Assembly (NCBI GenBank): GCA_905178155.1
Contig: CAJINV010000003.1
Location: forward strand, 8,662,179 to 8,726,178
Direction of reading: 5' to 3'
Source: Amoebophrya sp. A120
Lineage: Eukaryota > Protista > Dinoflagellata
Length of the DNA: 64,000 bases
Part shown: piece after piece, positions 25,501 to 39,046 of the stretch
Position numbering within the stretch: position 1 is the first letter of the stretch
Layout: each line of letters opens with the position of its first letter
Program-made: the position numbers and the translations under genes
The notes under the pieces: model-generated
Told to the model about the DNA's origin: nothing
Databases searched by the model: none
Seen by the model: the letters and a program-made list of their open reading frames with translations, nothing else

Positions 25501-25890
25501 GTAGATCGCGCCAATTTAGTATTGTACTATCGTGCCTCTGCCTCTGCATCAGTTGTTCGGAACACGGGGGCGCAGCCTTGTCGCGTGCGACCACTTCGTG
25601 GTTCAAATCTCTCGACGTCCCCTGGACCACTGGCCTCATCGCGCCAGGTACAAACTCGTGGTTTTGTTGGGCACGTCCACCCTCCGCCGCACAGTAGCTA
25701 TAGGAGTAAGCAGGATACCCCTGGCTGCGGGGGGTGATGTTGCTGCGAGTCTCTTCCGATAGAGGTCTCCGGTCCCCATGCCCGGGCAATAATATGGAAG
25801 AGAAGGGAGCAGCGAACTTAAGGAGTTGTGCTCCTAGCGCCAAAGAATGCAAGCCCAGCTTGTGCTTGTCTTCAACACTTGCTACGGTCT
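22500..25890 (-). CDS. Multi-exon hypothetical protein; may instead be the 3' part of the MCTP-like gene
   Basis: ORFs 25493-25852 and 24650-25468 join in frame (RDL/HHDAK) across element 25164-25500. Remaining exons are unresolved; a putative last exon GLAYPDQMFAGAGCGS* ends at 22500. Confidence 0.4.
23733..23866. repeat. Two diverged ~70-bp tandem units
   Basis: cactt.tggcct.ggcatg..aaaaatatgtc..gctagcc..ctgtcgccaacgt occurs twice. Confidence 0.75.
25164..25500. mobile_element. Introner with TGT...ACA ends, perfect DR GTAGA
   Basis: tgtggaagtgtcaggttggaaatcga versus tgtggtaatgttaggttggggatcga; frame restored. Confidence 0.9.
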
Positions 25891-26070
25891 ACAACACCTT
25901 GATGGTCCTGCAAAAAGCAAATCGATCGATACTGAAGAAGATGAAAACAAGCACTCGACGTGTGCTACAACTAATACAAATACTACTACTTGCTCCACCG
26001 CCATGAGGTATTATGCACCTGCGGGCATTTTTGTCGCTCTCTTGGCATCTTCACAAAAAGGGCACGAATT

Positions 26071-29000
26071 TCATGCAAAACCTAACCCCCCGAATAGACC
26101 ACTGCGCTTTTCCTTAGGGTTAGCAGCACGGTGTTGAGATCGGTCGCTTCCTCCCCTAGACAGGGCACCAGGGGCCCCCGCTTGCCGGTGTCGAAGATCG
26201 TACATTGCAAACTGGAGGTCGGACTTCAATTCTTGCAGAATGAACTCGCGATTTGCGCGGCTGTACCGCCCCACCTTGTAGCCCTTCCGAAACCTTCGGC
26301 ACAGAAAGAAGACCAACAAGTAGCGCGCAGGAACGAACAGGGAGAGCACCAACAAAAGTGCGAGCACTGCGGTCACGATGCGGGCAACGTCCTCGCATCC
26401 GCCCCCGCAGTCGGGCGAGAGCAAGTTTGCACGACGCTCGAGGTAATCCGCCCAATACAAAAACTTCCGCTCGTGTTTGTTGAAACGCAACAGATTTCGG
26501 TCCCAGAATTCCCGGACAAAGTTTCTGTTCCCGGATTTTTCAGTTTTTATAGCACCGGGAGGACTCTCCCCCGGACGATGGTGGCGCCTGGAGCTACTGC
26601 TTGCTGTTGGGATCATTTGAATGTGACTCGTTTCAGTCATAATTGTTCGCGTAGCGCTCCCGCTGCGTGCCCTGCTCTCTCGCGTCTTGGAGGCGCCGTC
26701 ATTGTCAAGGCCTGAAGCTGCATGAGTGACGCAGGAGCTGTTTTCTTTCTGTTTATTGGCATTTATGCTTTGGTCGGCCGAGCGGACATCAACAAGGTCT
26801 TCATGGTTATCAATCAGTTTACTTCGTCCACCGCCGCTCATCAGTACAACTGCTGCAGCATCATCCGGGACCAGAGGCGGTGTACCGGGATCGCTCCCGG
26901 CGCGCTGGTCGTTGACGAAGTATTTTTTCTTTTGCACGCTCCCGTCGCGCTGGTCGCTGACGAAGTATTTTTTTTTATTCTCCACCTGCGATCCGTCATT
27001 GCTTCCGTGTCGCGCAACACAGTCTTCGTGCACTTCGGGCAGCGCGTAGGTGCCACTACCTGGGGAGCCCCCACCAGCGTATCTGTGCCCCGCCTCATTT
27101 TGTGGATGCCGCTGTCGCTCCTGATCCTGTGCAGGACTGTGACTGTCACTAACATGATTCCAGGAGCAGGATGAAGGGCCCTGCATCGTTCGTGAGTGTC
27201 GTGGTGCCATGTAGTTGTAGCTCGACGGCATCGATTCTTGGTCCACCCTCACCTTGCAGTGATGATCGATTACAGCCCGAACGTCGTCTGGCGTTCCCTT
27301 GTTCCGGCCGTCACTGTCGGGATCTCCGTCTCCTGCGCACCCTGCCGCATCACAAATGTTCCCCGTGATCGCGCTTTGTGTCGAACTCTGTTGATGCCTC
27401 GCTGCGCCGTCCTGCTCTCGCTTGGCGGGCTTGCTTGGATTCGCCTCTCTTCTGTTTCTGTCACCTCCCTGACTAGAACAGTTCGGACTCCGAGTCGAGC
27501 TTGAACTCTTTGCACTGGTCGTGGGAGAGAGTTTTCCGTCGCGGCCAGCACACGTGCTCGGATGATCGAATACATATTTTTGCTCTTCACCGGACGCATT
27601 TTTGGAACGACCGCCAAGTAGTACCGTTGCACATTCACCTACAGCCATGGCAAAATTGGCGCGCCTCGGCCTAGTCGTAGTACCCCCCGTCGACGAAAGC
27701 AAGAGCGTGCGTGGTGCTGGTACTTCGTTAGAAGTAGAACGGACGCTGCTGTTAACGCCGCGGGGACAGAGGGAGCTTACTTCTATTTCTTCTGCCTCTT
27801 CATCTTCGCCGATGCTGGTGCATTTATTCGTGCACAACTCTGCTTCGTCTTCGCTTTCGCGGCAACTATGGGGTGAATCCGTAGGTATGATGCCCGTGCT
27901 GGTCGTCGTCCTGCAGCTCCCCGGTGGGCAATGCAAACCTGAGTTTGCAGCTGCAGACGAGACGTCGTTGTCCGTGTAATTGTGCCCTGCTGCCGCGGAC
28001 GAGCATGCATCATTGTCCTGGTCGTCCTCTGAGGGTGGAACCGACGGCAACCGTGACGGTGACCTCGCTGTTGACATTGTCTGACCGTCATTCCTCCGCG
28101 GACCCGGAGGTGGCTTGTTCCCGGCGACGTTTATTCGGTAATCATCTAAGCTAAAACTGGCATCGTGCCTTGTTTGCCTTTCGTCCTCACGGTGGTGCGC
28201 ATCTTTGTGGTCTTCGCAAAATGTTTTACTCTGGGTGCTGGCGGTAGAAAAACTATATTGCGCATCAGATGATGACGAGACTTTTATCAGCGACTCAACA
28301 TCATGATGAAGATTATAATCTTTATCTCCATCATCGTCCTCGAGCACTAGTACTTGGTCCTCCCTGTCCTCCCCCTCGCCGCTACGCATTGCAGTATGAG
28401 CAAATGTTCGTACGCAAGTATCAACTGAGGTGGACGTGGTGGCAGCACCAGCGGTTGCTGTTCTTGTCTCAGCGCTCCACCTTGGAGACGATGCGGTCCT
28501 GTTGACGAGAGACGGATCAGCTACTTTCACCCGGGCACAGTCGCCTTTGGTCGCATTTATCTTTGCAGCTGCAAGAAGTGTAGAGGCGGGCTGTAGGCGT
28601 CGTATCTCGGCAACAGCTAACTTGGTTTTCGTGTTCCGATCCCGCCCAGTGAGGCAGCTAGTAGTACAGAAACCCCGAGACATATGGAAGCGCCAGGCTC
28701 GAAATTGACTCTAAAGCGGCGTCATTCTTTATTGCGTTTGCTCCAAACAGCATGACATCGAAGAGCTACGGGCTGAATGTCCCGCGAGCGCTTCTTGGGC
28801 CTAAAAACGTAAACGCGTGTTATATATGTTATGCAAGACGACCCTCCTCGCGATCTGGTGTGTGCACCAGAAAAGCAAGGCGCATCAGCCCACTTCTGGT
28901 GGGACGTGCAGCTGCAGGCTAAAAACAGAAGTGCGAAAAAAATTACCTATTTACTTCGAAGCAACAACATGTGGACAAATGTGGTTTATGCACAGCTTCC

Positions 29001-32000
29001 TAAATTTGACATGCGCCGCATAGAAAATGGGGATCCAACAACTAGTGCCGATGTTATTTCTATTTCAATTCGTGGTTTGCAAATCGCTATCGCTCTCTCA
29101 ACTTTGTTAATTTCGAGCCTGGCATTCCCATACGGCAAGACAGGACTCTGCCGATCGGCGGTCGTGGACGCCAGGTCGGAAACCGGCGACACTTTCATCG
29201 ACGGATATGTAGCGCAAATATGTCTGGATCTGGATTTGTCGATGCAAGATTTGAAGCGCAAGGAGATCTGTGACGAATGGAGAGAAGTGGCGAAGTTTTT
29301 TGTCGTGCTGAAAGGCACCAGTTTTTTTATCATGCGCACAACTATATTTACCGAATGAATCTGGAAGAATCGTCGTAAATAAACTTCGCCTGCTGGTGCA
29401 GCGTTTATGCCATGCAATCTTCTGGATCTGGTGCTCTGTCTCTGCAATCATGCGAGTACCAGCAACACAAATTTCCAGACCCAGACACATCTGCACTCGA
29501 TAACGGAGGACCGCGAACATTTTCGCTGACAATCTCTGCATCTGCTCTCTCGGATGCGCTGCGTGAAAAGGCGCGAGCATTATAAAAATCCTCATAATCG
29601 TCCCCATCGCCATTTCGCCGCTCGCCTGCGGGAGTGTTCCGAACTTTATCATCCCTAATGGTTTTTGCAGCTGCTTCGCGATCTTCCGCTCCTCGGATGG
29701 TCGTCTTCTTAGTATGATCTTCCGGCGGACGAGTGGTCATAGCATGATCCCCCACAACCAGGGACAAGAATGACCGGCGCTGCGGCATCTGATCACCTTG
29801 CTCGTGCAACAGCCGCGGCGATTTATTACGAGCGGAGTGCTGTGGCTGTACGGAACAAGAAGAGCGGCCTGGCTCTTGCGTATCTACTTCGTGCTCTTCG
29901 TCATCGCAAGACGCTGACCGAGAGCTGTCGGTCTGCTCTGTTGCAGATCTTCTACGTCTTGGAGATGTACCCCAGCTCAGGTATGCCAGCGCGTCGCCGG
30001 CGTGTGGCGAAGTGGATTCGCTACCGGAGTAGAACCCTTCCACGGGGAGCCCTACATGCCGCCGCTCACGAAAAAGCGAACGGTAAGTGGTATCACCTGC
30101 TCAGCTGTCACAATCTCAAGCGTTACTACACAACTGAAAAGCGGCGACGCCAAAAGCGCATGTCGTAGCTACCTAAGCCTACTCTGATCGGAATACGCAT
30201 GACAAGTTCCGGAGCCCCCAAGGAAGCCCCACTAGAATCTGGCAAAGCCCGATTCTATATCTATTGAAATTGATGCGATATCACTTGAGATTATAACAAC
30301 TGAGCAAGCCATAAGTGGCTTTGTTCGTGAGCAAGGAGGATGATCCGATCAAGGATCGACTGTAACTCCATCCGTTGTCATCGGTTACTGGGGAAACTTA
30401 TGCGATTTTCAAGCGGTGCACGTGCATTGCTTGCCTTCAGGACGTGAATCGTCTTCATGCAGAGGAGCGGCCACTAGCTATCACCCCCCCAGACGATAAA
30501 GCTACCTCGCGCGACATGATGCTCGTGAAGGGCTATTAAATAGCATGGAAGTATTAATCCGTTCCTGTTCCAAATTGAAAATTGTAGCGCAAGATGAAGC
30601 GCAACAAGAATAAACGGAAAAAAAAATGTTTCAATTTGCATACTCTTAGTCTTACTCTTATTCCTGCGTCACAAATAATAAATTCATGTATGCACCAGCT
30701 ATTGTCTTTGTAACGCTTGAGAACTGCATAGAACTCGAACCTCCCACCGGTAAGCACAGCCGTTTTCCATCGCCCGTGGAGGTGCACAAGGTGCGCCAGT
30801 CGCGGCATCTCGCCACGGTGGAGGGTCACTGAAAACGAGGCGAGCCGCAGAAAAACCTCCCCAAAACCAACATCTCTGGGATTCGATTTTCTCCAGGCGG
30901 CCTGCTTCCCCCATGGCTTTACGGACGTGGCCTCGGTACTGCGGTAGAGGATGTTGACCTGAGCGAGGCTGTGGCGCGTTTGTGCTGGATGAGTAAGACC
31001 AAGACGCCGGCGTCCGCGATTGCTTCGACGTCTTGATCTTGTTTTTCGTGTAGCGTAAAACCTTTCGCGTTCTGTTTTGGAAGCCTGTATTGGACTCCTG
31101 TGACCTTGCTCCTGCTCCGGTCGTTTCGTCTGCCATGGACGCCAGCACATGCGGGCATTCGGGAGGAGGAAAAGAGCGATCCCAAAAAAGAGAAGAGGAA
31201 CAAATTTGTTCTTGCCCAACTGCTACTGATGAGGCAATGGAGTGTGACGTCCTCTGCTCCCGCCCTGCTCTCTTATCATGACCTGGTGAAGTAGGAGAAC
31301 TTTGATCGCCGACGTGGCGTCCAGCGCCGAGCGCCAGGTTAGCACCCCCGTCGCTGCCGCGCTTGTTGTCGGAATGGGGGACTTGGGCTTGACCCCACTG
31401 TGTGCCTTGCTCCGCCAACGCCGTGCCTACGCGGGTGGTCCTCGACCTGCCCAGCCCATGCTGGCGCTCAAGCTCCGGGTCCGCAGCGTCTTCAAATGCG
31501 ACAGCTCCAGTCGGGCGGAAAGTCGTGGTTTGGACGAGGGGAGGTGAATAATGTCTGGAGCTGGACGATGAGCAAAATAAATCTGCGCCAGAATAATCTG
31601 TGGGCGAAAGTTGCCGGCTTCGAGCATCACATGCTCGCTGGTCCCGATTGGACAGCAAGGGGGCTTGCTGTGAAGGTGCGCCATCACAACCAGGAGTCTG
31701 CCCCTGCACCGAGTAAGTTTGAGTTCGCGCCGCCTGCACCTGCTTCTGGAGTTCAGCATCATCGTCGGCGAAGCGTTGCGCGGTAGGTGCTGCAAAGCCA
31801 CCCCCTATGTCGACCGTCGTCGAAAGCAGCGTTCTACGCGCACTAGAGCAGCTTGTGGATATCATTCTACAACTTGAACTTGATGGCGTTTTGGTTTTCA
31901 TTCGCTGCTCATAATTTTGTTCCCGCTGGTCCTCAAGGTCAAGGACTTCGGCGAATAGCTGCTGTGCCCCGTTTAACAGCGCAAGTTCAATGCGCTGCTC

Positions 32001-34847
32001 TCGTCGTCGAGCCCGCCAACAACTAGAAAGCCACCAAATCGCGCGCATGGACAAATCAATTAACCACGTTCTAAAGCGCAGAAATTTCTCCAGCGCCGTC
32101 GGTGGAGCCGCGTGCGGAACTACAAGACTCGCCAGGAAGACGCGCTCAGAGTCAGACCTTTGCGTTGCGGTCCAGTTGCTGTTCTTACAAGCAGATGACG
32201 GAGATAGTACTGCTGCAGCACCTGCTGCTCCAGTCGCGAGCAAAGCGTCCAACCACCAGCCTTTCTTTTCCAGTTTTGTCGTCGGGATGCTTTCTGGAAG
32301 ATCAGCATCTATACCTGACACAACCTGTCGCAGCCCAGCCGGCGCGACTAGCGCGGCAGCTGACCGATCATGAGCGAAGTGTGTTCTTTCTCCGCCCGCC
32401 GCGACGGCGTTGCTTCTGGTCATCTTCGGTCTTGTCGTGGCTTCAAGGTCTTTGCGTCTTGGCGCTGCGAGCAAACCGGTGCCTTTCTTGTCATTTGGCG
32501 AGTTTTTGCGTATGTTGACACTCATCTGGTGCTCACTGCCTCCTTCTTCTTCTTGCTCTACGCGGCACCCCGCAAGACAGTGATTTGCACCATTAGGGCC
32601 GGTCAAGTAGGTGGCTTCTAGGTTTTTCCTTCCTGCTGTTCCGGCATGAAAATTTGGAACCGCTGTTGCCGCATGCGCTAGTCGAGGTAGAGTTTTATGA
32701 CCCTGGTAATCTTCGTGGCGTGGACTGGGCAACACTGCGATGGTTTTGGCTTTCGCCATCCGCCCACTTTCAATGGTTCTACCCAACCTGGTGCCAGTGC
32801 CATCATGATCCGATCGAACGATTCTCCTTGAGATATCGGCTGCCGTGCCGGAGCAAATCTGCGTAGTCAACATTCGTGAGCAGGGTTTCTGCAGGACGTC
32901 ATCCTTTTGGGGCAAGTCCTTGCGTCCATCATTCTTGAGCAGATGAGATATGCTGTTGCTCCTGGTGTGTTGACCGAGCTGGACTTGCCCTGGTGCGGAA
33001 AGAGGCTTGGGCGAGGTCGGCCACTGGAGCTGGCTGCAGCAAAGGTAAAGGAAAACGAGGACCACAGAAAATTCCAGGGAGCATAAAATATGCATGAGCA
33101 ACAATGCGAGAACCACCAAACTAAACGCTGGGTCTTCCCACCGCTCAATACGTTTCCACCGTTCCGAACTACGCTTCATCCGCTTCGCCAAGGCCTCTCC
33201 CCGTTTGAAAAAGTGCTTTATCCGGTCAATCTCCTCTTTGTCAAGAATACGTGTTCGCATCAGCGCGTTCTGTACTCGGAGTGCTCGCTGCTGCATCAGC
33301 CGATGCCGGGGCAGGGGTTTGAACAAGTGAGAGAGTGGGTGCCACACCACCACCGCGCAGCGAAGTTCGGCCACGGCAAGGTTCTCGCGAGAAACGCCGT
33401 GCTGTCGAATGCTCTCCGTGTTTTTCAGCAGCCATCGGTGCCTCGCTTTCCGGTTGCGCCCGAGCGTCCGGAGCGGAATTCCCACCGTTGCACGACACCG
33501 ACCGCCACGCCAGGCCTCAAAATAGATTTGTAGGTCGGGGTCGTCGATGTCGGACCATAGACACACTTCTCCTGCCGACGGTTGTTGTTGACTTCCCCAG
33601 ATGCGCGCGCAAACTTCCGCGAACTGCCCCACTCGAATCACCACGAAAGCTTGTTTGCTCTCGTCCTCCAGCGACGCGGTGGGCAGGTCTACGTCTTTGG
33701 AGTCCCTTGTCAGAAAGCGGAGATCCTGGACTGAAACCACTAACTTGAGGGCCGGGCGGCTCGCTACTATGAAGTCTTGTTCATGTTGATCTTCTGCTTT
33801 CCTCACACGGCGACACGCTTGCTCGGCGAGCGACGCCCGAAATCGAGCATTTTGGTTGACACCAACAGGACGGAAGTAGGCTGTCGTGGTTTGTTGACGA
33901 AGTTCATCAATGTCTGCTCCGCCGCGCCACTTTCTCTTTATGCGCGAAAGTCCTCCTCCAGGAGGGTGACCCAGCTTGCGCCGCACGGACGAGGCCTTGG
34001 ACCTCAGCCAGGCCCACAGACCTGGGTCCCGAGACGCGGTCGACCACTTCGCGCCATCAGCAGAAACCACATGGCTGCTGGCTGCAACCTGGTCTTCATA
34101 CTCATGGGCATCTTCTGCCGACCTCCCGGACGCTGCGGATACACAAGAAAACCAATCTTCCCTGCTAGCGGTGTCAGGATCACAAACGGCTCTCAGCTCT
34201 CGGTCAGCGTTGAGTATTCCTCGTCGTTCGTTGTGAATCTGAATTCTCGAATTGTTTTTTTGCTGTGCCGTTTGTTCTTCGCGAATAAGGCTACTATGGT
34301 TCTCTTTCACGACAACTTTCTCAGCAGATGGAGAGAGCACAGATTTTGATTGAGCTTCTTGCAGGACTTCTCGTTGCCGTTCGCTTGCCACGAGTATGCT
34401 TGCCCAGCGTCGTCCTGCAGTGTCGTTTCCCGCTCCTCCGCAACGGCTCCCCGCACGGACATGACCATCATGCTGAGGATGAAAAACGGGGGCCGCGTGC
34501 TTCGGTGCTCCATTCTGATTGTGAGCAGACTCGTCTCGTCGGCGCGTGCTGGACGAAGCATGCGCTGCTCTCGATAAAAAAGCAGGTTTTGACCATAAAC
34601 ACTTTGGGAGATGATCAAAAAGAACGGACACCGAGCCGGAAGATCCGTGAGTGTCACTGCAGAAGGGGAGGATGCTGCTGTCGCATTTTTTTCCCGCCAC
34701 ATCGGCTGAAGCTTTGGTTTCCGCGGGGCGGCTTCTGCTCTTGCTAATCCGATTCTTATGAGGGAAATCATTCAACGGCTGGATTGCTGCAGTTCCAACG
34801 AAGTGCGTGCGGCAAGTGAGCTGACACGCAGTTCGCAGAGCGGCCAA
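26071..34847 (-). CDS. MCTP-like C2 / transmembrane / DysF / PRT_C-type protein, multi-exon
   Basis: C2-like segment (AFVVIRVGQ...LQIYFEAW...VGIPLRTL) followed by WEDPAFSLVVLALLL TM hairpin. DysF-like ESQRCWFWGGFS..DPPPWRD..G plus an exon TDDNGWSY near 30360-30390. C-terminal ADYLERRANLL...LSLFVPARYLLVFF resembles PRT_C. Joins across 29206-29502 and 28683-29132 are in frame; start, stop and the 30043-30740 introns are unresolved. Confidence 0.6.
28683..29132. mobile_element. Introner, TATGG-CCAGG family, decayed DR
   Basis: tatggaagcgccaggctcgaaattga versus tatgggaatgccaggctcgaaattaa; LP/RGF in frame. Confidence 0.88.
29206..29502. mobile_element. Introner, TCTGGGTCTGG family, perfect DR ACGGA
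   Basis: TIR related to 12173-12442; PP/SMKV in frame. Confidence 0.9.
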
Positions 34848-35824
34848 CCAAGCAACGTATCACTTAGGAAAACCACTCGCCCGCCCTACTCCCCTTTTCC
34901 TAAAACTGATCTGTGAGTCTCCTCTAACATGCCAAAGGACATACAAGAACCCTACAAGTAGAACATGGGTTGCGACGGCGGGTCTCTAGATTGTGACTGG
35001 TGTCGATGAAATTCGAACTCCGTCAACGCGCTCTCTTCTTCGGATACCGCTTGGGAAGAGATACTGGAGAGCGAGAAGTCACTGCTCACTGCAAAGGATA
35101 CAACGCGAGCCTCTTTCTCAAGTGCGCAAACCGTCCATGACCCGCGCTCGCTGCTGTATTCTGAGGCGCTGATCTATCCAGCACCAAAGAAGACCCATGT
35201 CAATCCGCTTTGTCATGCATACCCGACTGCACCACATCAAAAACCTTTGCACCGTCGCCGCAAGCAGCTTCGGACGCAGGAGATCTAGGGTCAGAACCGC
35301 GAAAAACATCGCGAGTGTATGATGTCATGCAGAGTCTGATGTGTCCGTCACTGACACTGTCATGCAAATAAAAGTGAATCAATGGGCATGGGTCAACATA
35401 ATTTTCTGCGGATATGATCGCACACGGTCCGCCAGTGCGCATCTCTTCGGAAACAAAAAATATTCGAAGTTGAAACTGCTGCTCCCCGGTCTTCAAACGG
35501 ATTTCCCCGTCGTCTCGCAGATCTGCGCCACTCAGATCCATGATCCGTTCGATGCTGGCATCGTCTATGCTTTCGGTTTCGCCAAGTCGGCTCGATGTAC
35601 GAAAATGAAAACAAGAAGACGTCCAAGTCGGACCAATTTTGTTAATCTTTGTTAAATAGTTTGGAGGGTAAAAGCATGGGAAAAAGCTATCAAGGTCAGC
35701 TAGGTTCTGCCAACGTACTGTGTGTAAATGGGGCAATAGGGACGCGAGTGTACGTCCTTGTTCCTCCTCCAGCGCCACATACTAAGTACTTTTGATTTTA
35801 TGTGCTGTCTCATGGTCGTCGTAA

Positions 35825-36856
35825 TTAACGTCGTACTTTGCAAGAAAAAGTCCCATCGAGCTTCTGGATGACCTGCGTACCGCTGACAAGTAGGTGATAG
35901 GCCTGCTGATGGTCGTGCGGCGGGTTCACACCTTGCTTTCGTTTTCCTCCTCGAGCAGGGAAGATACTGCTACAACTAGAGCTTGGCTTTATTTGCGCCT
36001 GGTGTCCACCGCTCCTCGTCCGGGCAGGATGTAGACCCCTATGGTCTATATGCTCCTTTTGTCTGAGTCTGCTACTAGCGGGTTGGTCATAGAAGCAAAA
36101 CGACGAAGTAGTAGTAGCACAAGCGCTCCAACTCGAAGTGGCAACTTGTTTCTGCGGTGACGCAATGAACGAAACAGTTGACAGGCCCGCTGCGGCACGT
36201 CTACATGGCACGCGACTAGTAGACTGCGAGCCCGCATCACCTTGGGCCAGCAGCCCTCTTGTTGCTCCTCCTCCTTGTTCGAGCCGCGCATCCGCGCCGT
36301 CGTTTCGCGGCTTCGCTGTACGAAGATTATGCAACGTATTAATGCTTTGCATAGTTGTTCTTTTTGCAGCCGATACGTTGAAACCAGCTGCGGGGCCCGA
36401 AGCCGAATCACATCCAGGAAGCTTGTTGACGGCATTCCGCTCGGCGTCGGCTCCGGCGCCAACGCAGTGCAACAACGCAGGTTCTCGTTGAAGCGAGCTG
36501 ATGTGGTCCAAGGTGTCGACGTCCTCGGAGCAGAAGGTGCTTGAATTGCAATTATATCCCCTCTCCGCGGATGAAAAAGTAGCCCTTCGCGACCCCGTTC
36601 GCCCGCTCGATTCGAACCCGACATCCACATCCGAGCTTTGGTTTAATTCCGATCTCCTCGACCTGATCTTCGGACTCGGGAGAAGGGTTCTAGTACTGCT
36701 CTCAGTTGTGCGAGTCCGGGGACTTGCGGAATAATGCAGAGGCCGGCCTCCATTGTGCCTTCGCTTTCCAGAAGCAGAACCGGTGTCGCGGACGGCTTCC
36801 TTTATTTTCGTTGAAGGAGAAACACGATGTGCATGTGGTGGAACTTCATCGTCCAT
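35825..36856 (-). CDS. S/R-rich hypothetical exon, possibly the 5' part of the MCTP-like gene
   Basis: 343-aa ATG ORF on the gene-bearing strand; no recognisable domain. Confidence 0.4.
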   Translation of the reverse strand: MDDEVPPHAHRVSPSTKIKEAVRDTGSASGKRRHNGGRPLHYSASPRTRTTESSTRTLLPSPKIRSRRSELNQSSDVDVGFESSGRTGSRRATFSSAERGYNCNSSTFCSEDVDTLDHISSLQREPALLHCVGAGADAERNAVNKLPGCDSASGPAAGFNVSAAKRTTMQSINTLHNLRTAKPRNDGADARLEQGGGATRGLLAQGDAGSQSTSRVPCRRAAAGLSTVSFIASPQKQVATSSWSACATTTSSFCFYDQPASSRLRQKEHIDHRGLHPARTRSGGHQAQIKPSSSCSSIFPARGGKRKQGVNPPHDHQQAYHLLVSGTQVIQKLDGTFSCKVRR

Positions 36857-38593
36857 TGGTGTCGCCGAATCTGTTTGTGCTTCCAGAGTCCTCCCCGTCG
36901 TGCAGAGCGTATCTTGGTCTAAGTTGCCAGCAGATGATCGTCCCTCCTGGCTGCCACATCTAGAAATTGCTGGAAAAGAGTCGACAGTGCGAAGCTCTAT
37001 CTGAGAAGGGCTGCGTATGGTCGTGTGAAAAACTACCTCCAGCCCAAAAACTCACGCCAGCCTCTTGTCATGCGTCGAGAACGATTTGAAACGCACTGTA
37101 TCTGTACCCCTGATATTAAGTGTCCTTGTCCTCCACCTTCTTATCAGCGATTTTTTTTCATCGTACAGCGAAGCTCATTCGCATTAACATTCCTACGCAG
37201 CGACGTTTTCGCAGCCTCTTCCTAGTCATGCTGCGGGCTTGCAGCACGTCATCTAGATCTAGACACGTCGTCCCTGCTGTGCTTTATCCCAGAAAACGCC
37301 TAAAGAATGGAGCCTGGATTAGCATCGAGTAGACCGCACATGACGTTCAGGAAGGCATGTGGTAAGGGGAAGGCCTCCCCTGTGGGGCGCGCGCGTCTGG
37401 ACAGGTGTTGCCACGCACTCGGTAGTTCTAGTTACCGGCCCGCTTTCATCAGCCGCTTTTGGATTTGCATCATGCGAGAGTGTCCCTGTGCTGTGGCCGC
37501 CAAAGTCGTACCTAATCGCAGCGACTGCACAACTAGTACGAGCCGAGCCTTGTGGTCACGCGAAACACCCTGCAATTCTGTACCAAGGTGAGCTCGGGGT
37601 AATTTTGTTCGGGACTCAGACCAAACAAGGCCGCTTGCCTCTGGGGTGGTAACATTTTTACACATCAGGATAAGACGACGCAGAGCTTTACTTCTGGCCC
37701 CGATGGCAGAGTCGCGCTCGAACGTGCTGGCGGCGCTGTCGCATTCTTATGCCGACGTCCAACGGAAATCAGTATCTTCGTCACTGGCTTACCACTGATT
37801 TTTCGAATAAAAAAATGCCGAATCATCTGCTTCCTTTCGATTTCGTACCTCGATCCCCATCACAATCTTCTTTAGATACAAGAGTATCGATGTAGGAAAA
37901 TAGCACTGCTAGTAGTACTAACGCTCTTGTTGCGCCGCTAGACCTACCTCTGCATGCTTTTCTTAGGTTTGAGCTTTCTCCATCTTCATGATCGCGTGCT
38001 GGAGTATGTTAGTGTATCTGTACGCGCCGTAATGGCGATGCTCAGCCTCGTCACCATGCGAATCTCCATGCCAAAGCACGCTGACGACCGCTATGCGGCG
38101 AGAGAAGGAGCATGAAAAAAGAAATAAGTAACTTTCAAAAACTAAGGTTTCTGATATTGATTTCGAAGGAGTCGATTGTTTGCGCCATCATACCCGACTT
38201 TTCCATCTTCGGCGTGTTATCACTGCCTGAGGCAGCATCGAAAACCCGAGCCCGGAAACAGGACCAAGTAGGAGCTCCTGCGGCTTCTTCGTCGGGGATT
38301 TTTCCAGTGCCTGGACTATCCTGCGCAACAACGTCCCCTCCACGAACCCAGGGCTCCTGTCAACATGCTGATTTGCAATTACAGGAACGCTGGCAATGCG
38401 CAACATCCCCACGACAGGCATTCTCAGCTGCGTTCTGAGATTCTTGGCAATGCTGTGCACCGGATAAGGAGACGGCTTTGTGGTGCGGATGTTGTCCTTG
38501 CTAACCTGCACCACAATATAGCGAAAAGCTTGCCATGCGTGACTGCCAAATCTCCTGGCCTTGTGTCGCAGAGCTCCCAGCAACTTGACTACC

Positions 38594-39046
38594 TATGGAG
38601 AGGTGCGTCGGGACGCTTTTACATATGATATGCAAGTCGACGAGGTGGTCATCGTGCGATGAGCACAGGAAGCCCCGCCGGTCAACCCAACCCAGATACC
38701 GCCACGTTGTCGCGGCTTCCGCCGAAAAAAGCTTGTTGAGCTCGACCATTTTGAGCGTTCCTCTAATATCCGCGGAACTGGTACTCTTAGATATGGCCTC
38801 CACGACAGCCTGCCGTGTCTGAACTCTTTTCACCCGATAGCATGCCAGTTGTAATCGGCCCCGTTCTCCGGGCGGCGCACAGTGGTAGCCTGGCGAAGAG
38901 ACGAATGGCGGCAGAGGCAGCTGCCGGTGCGAATTGCTGGTAGAAGTGTAGGCACTCCTCGCGGCCGTGGCGTCTTGCTCAATTTGAACCCACATCAGCT
39001 CGTATTGCAGTATCAGGCTGAATAGCAAAAATGCATTTTCCCCATA
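38594..39046. mobile_element. Possible degenerate introner
   Basis: tatggagaggtgc versus tatggggaaaatgc with G-TAT...ATA-G boundaries; host gene not resolved. Confidence 0.35.

Noticed and set aside
26900-26980. Short tandem duplication KKKYFVxDQR twice
   Set aside because: An ordinary in-frame duplication in a low-complexity region.
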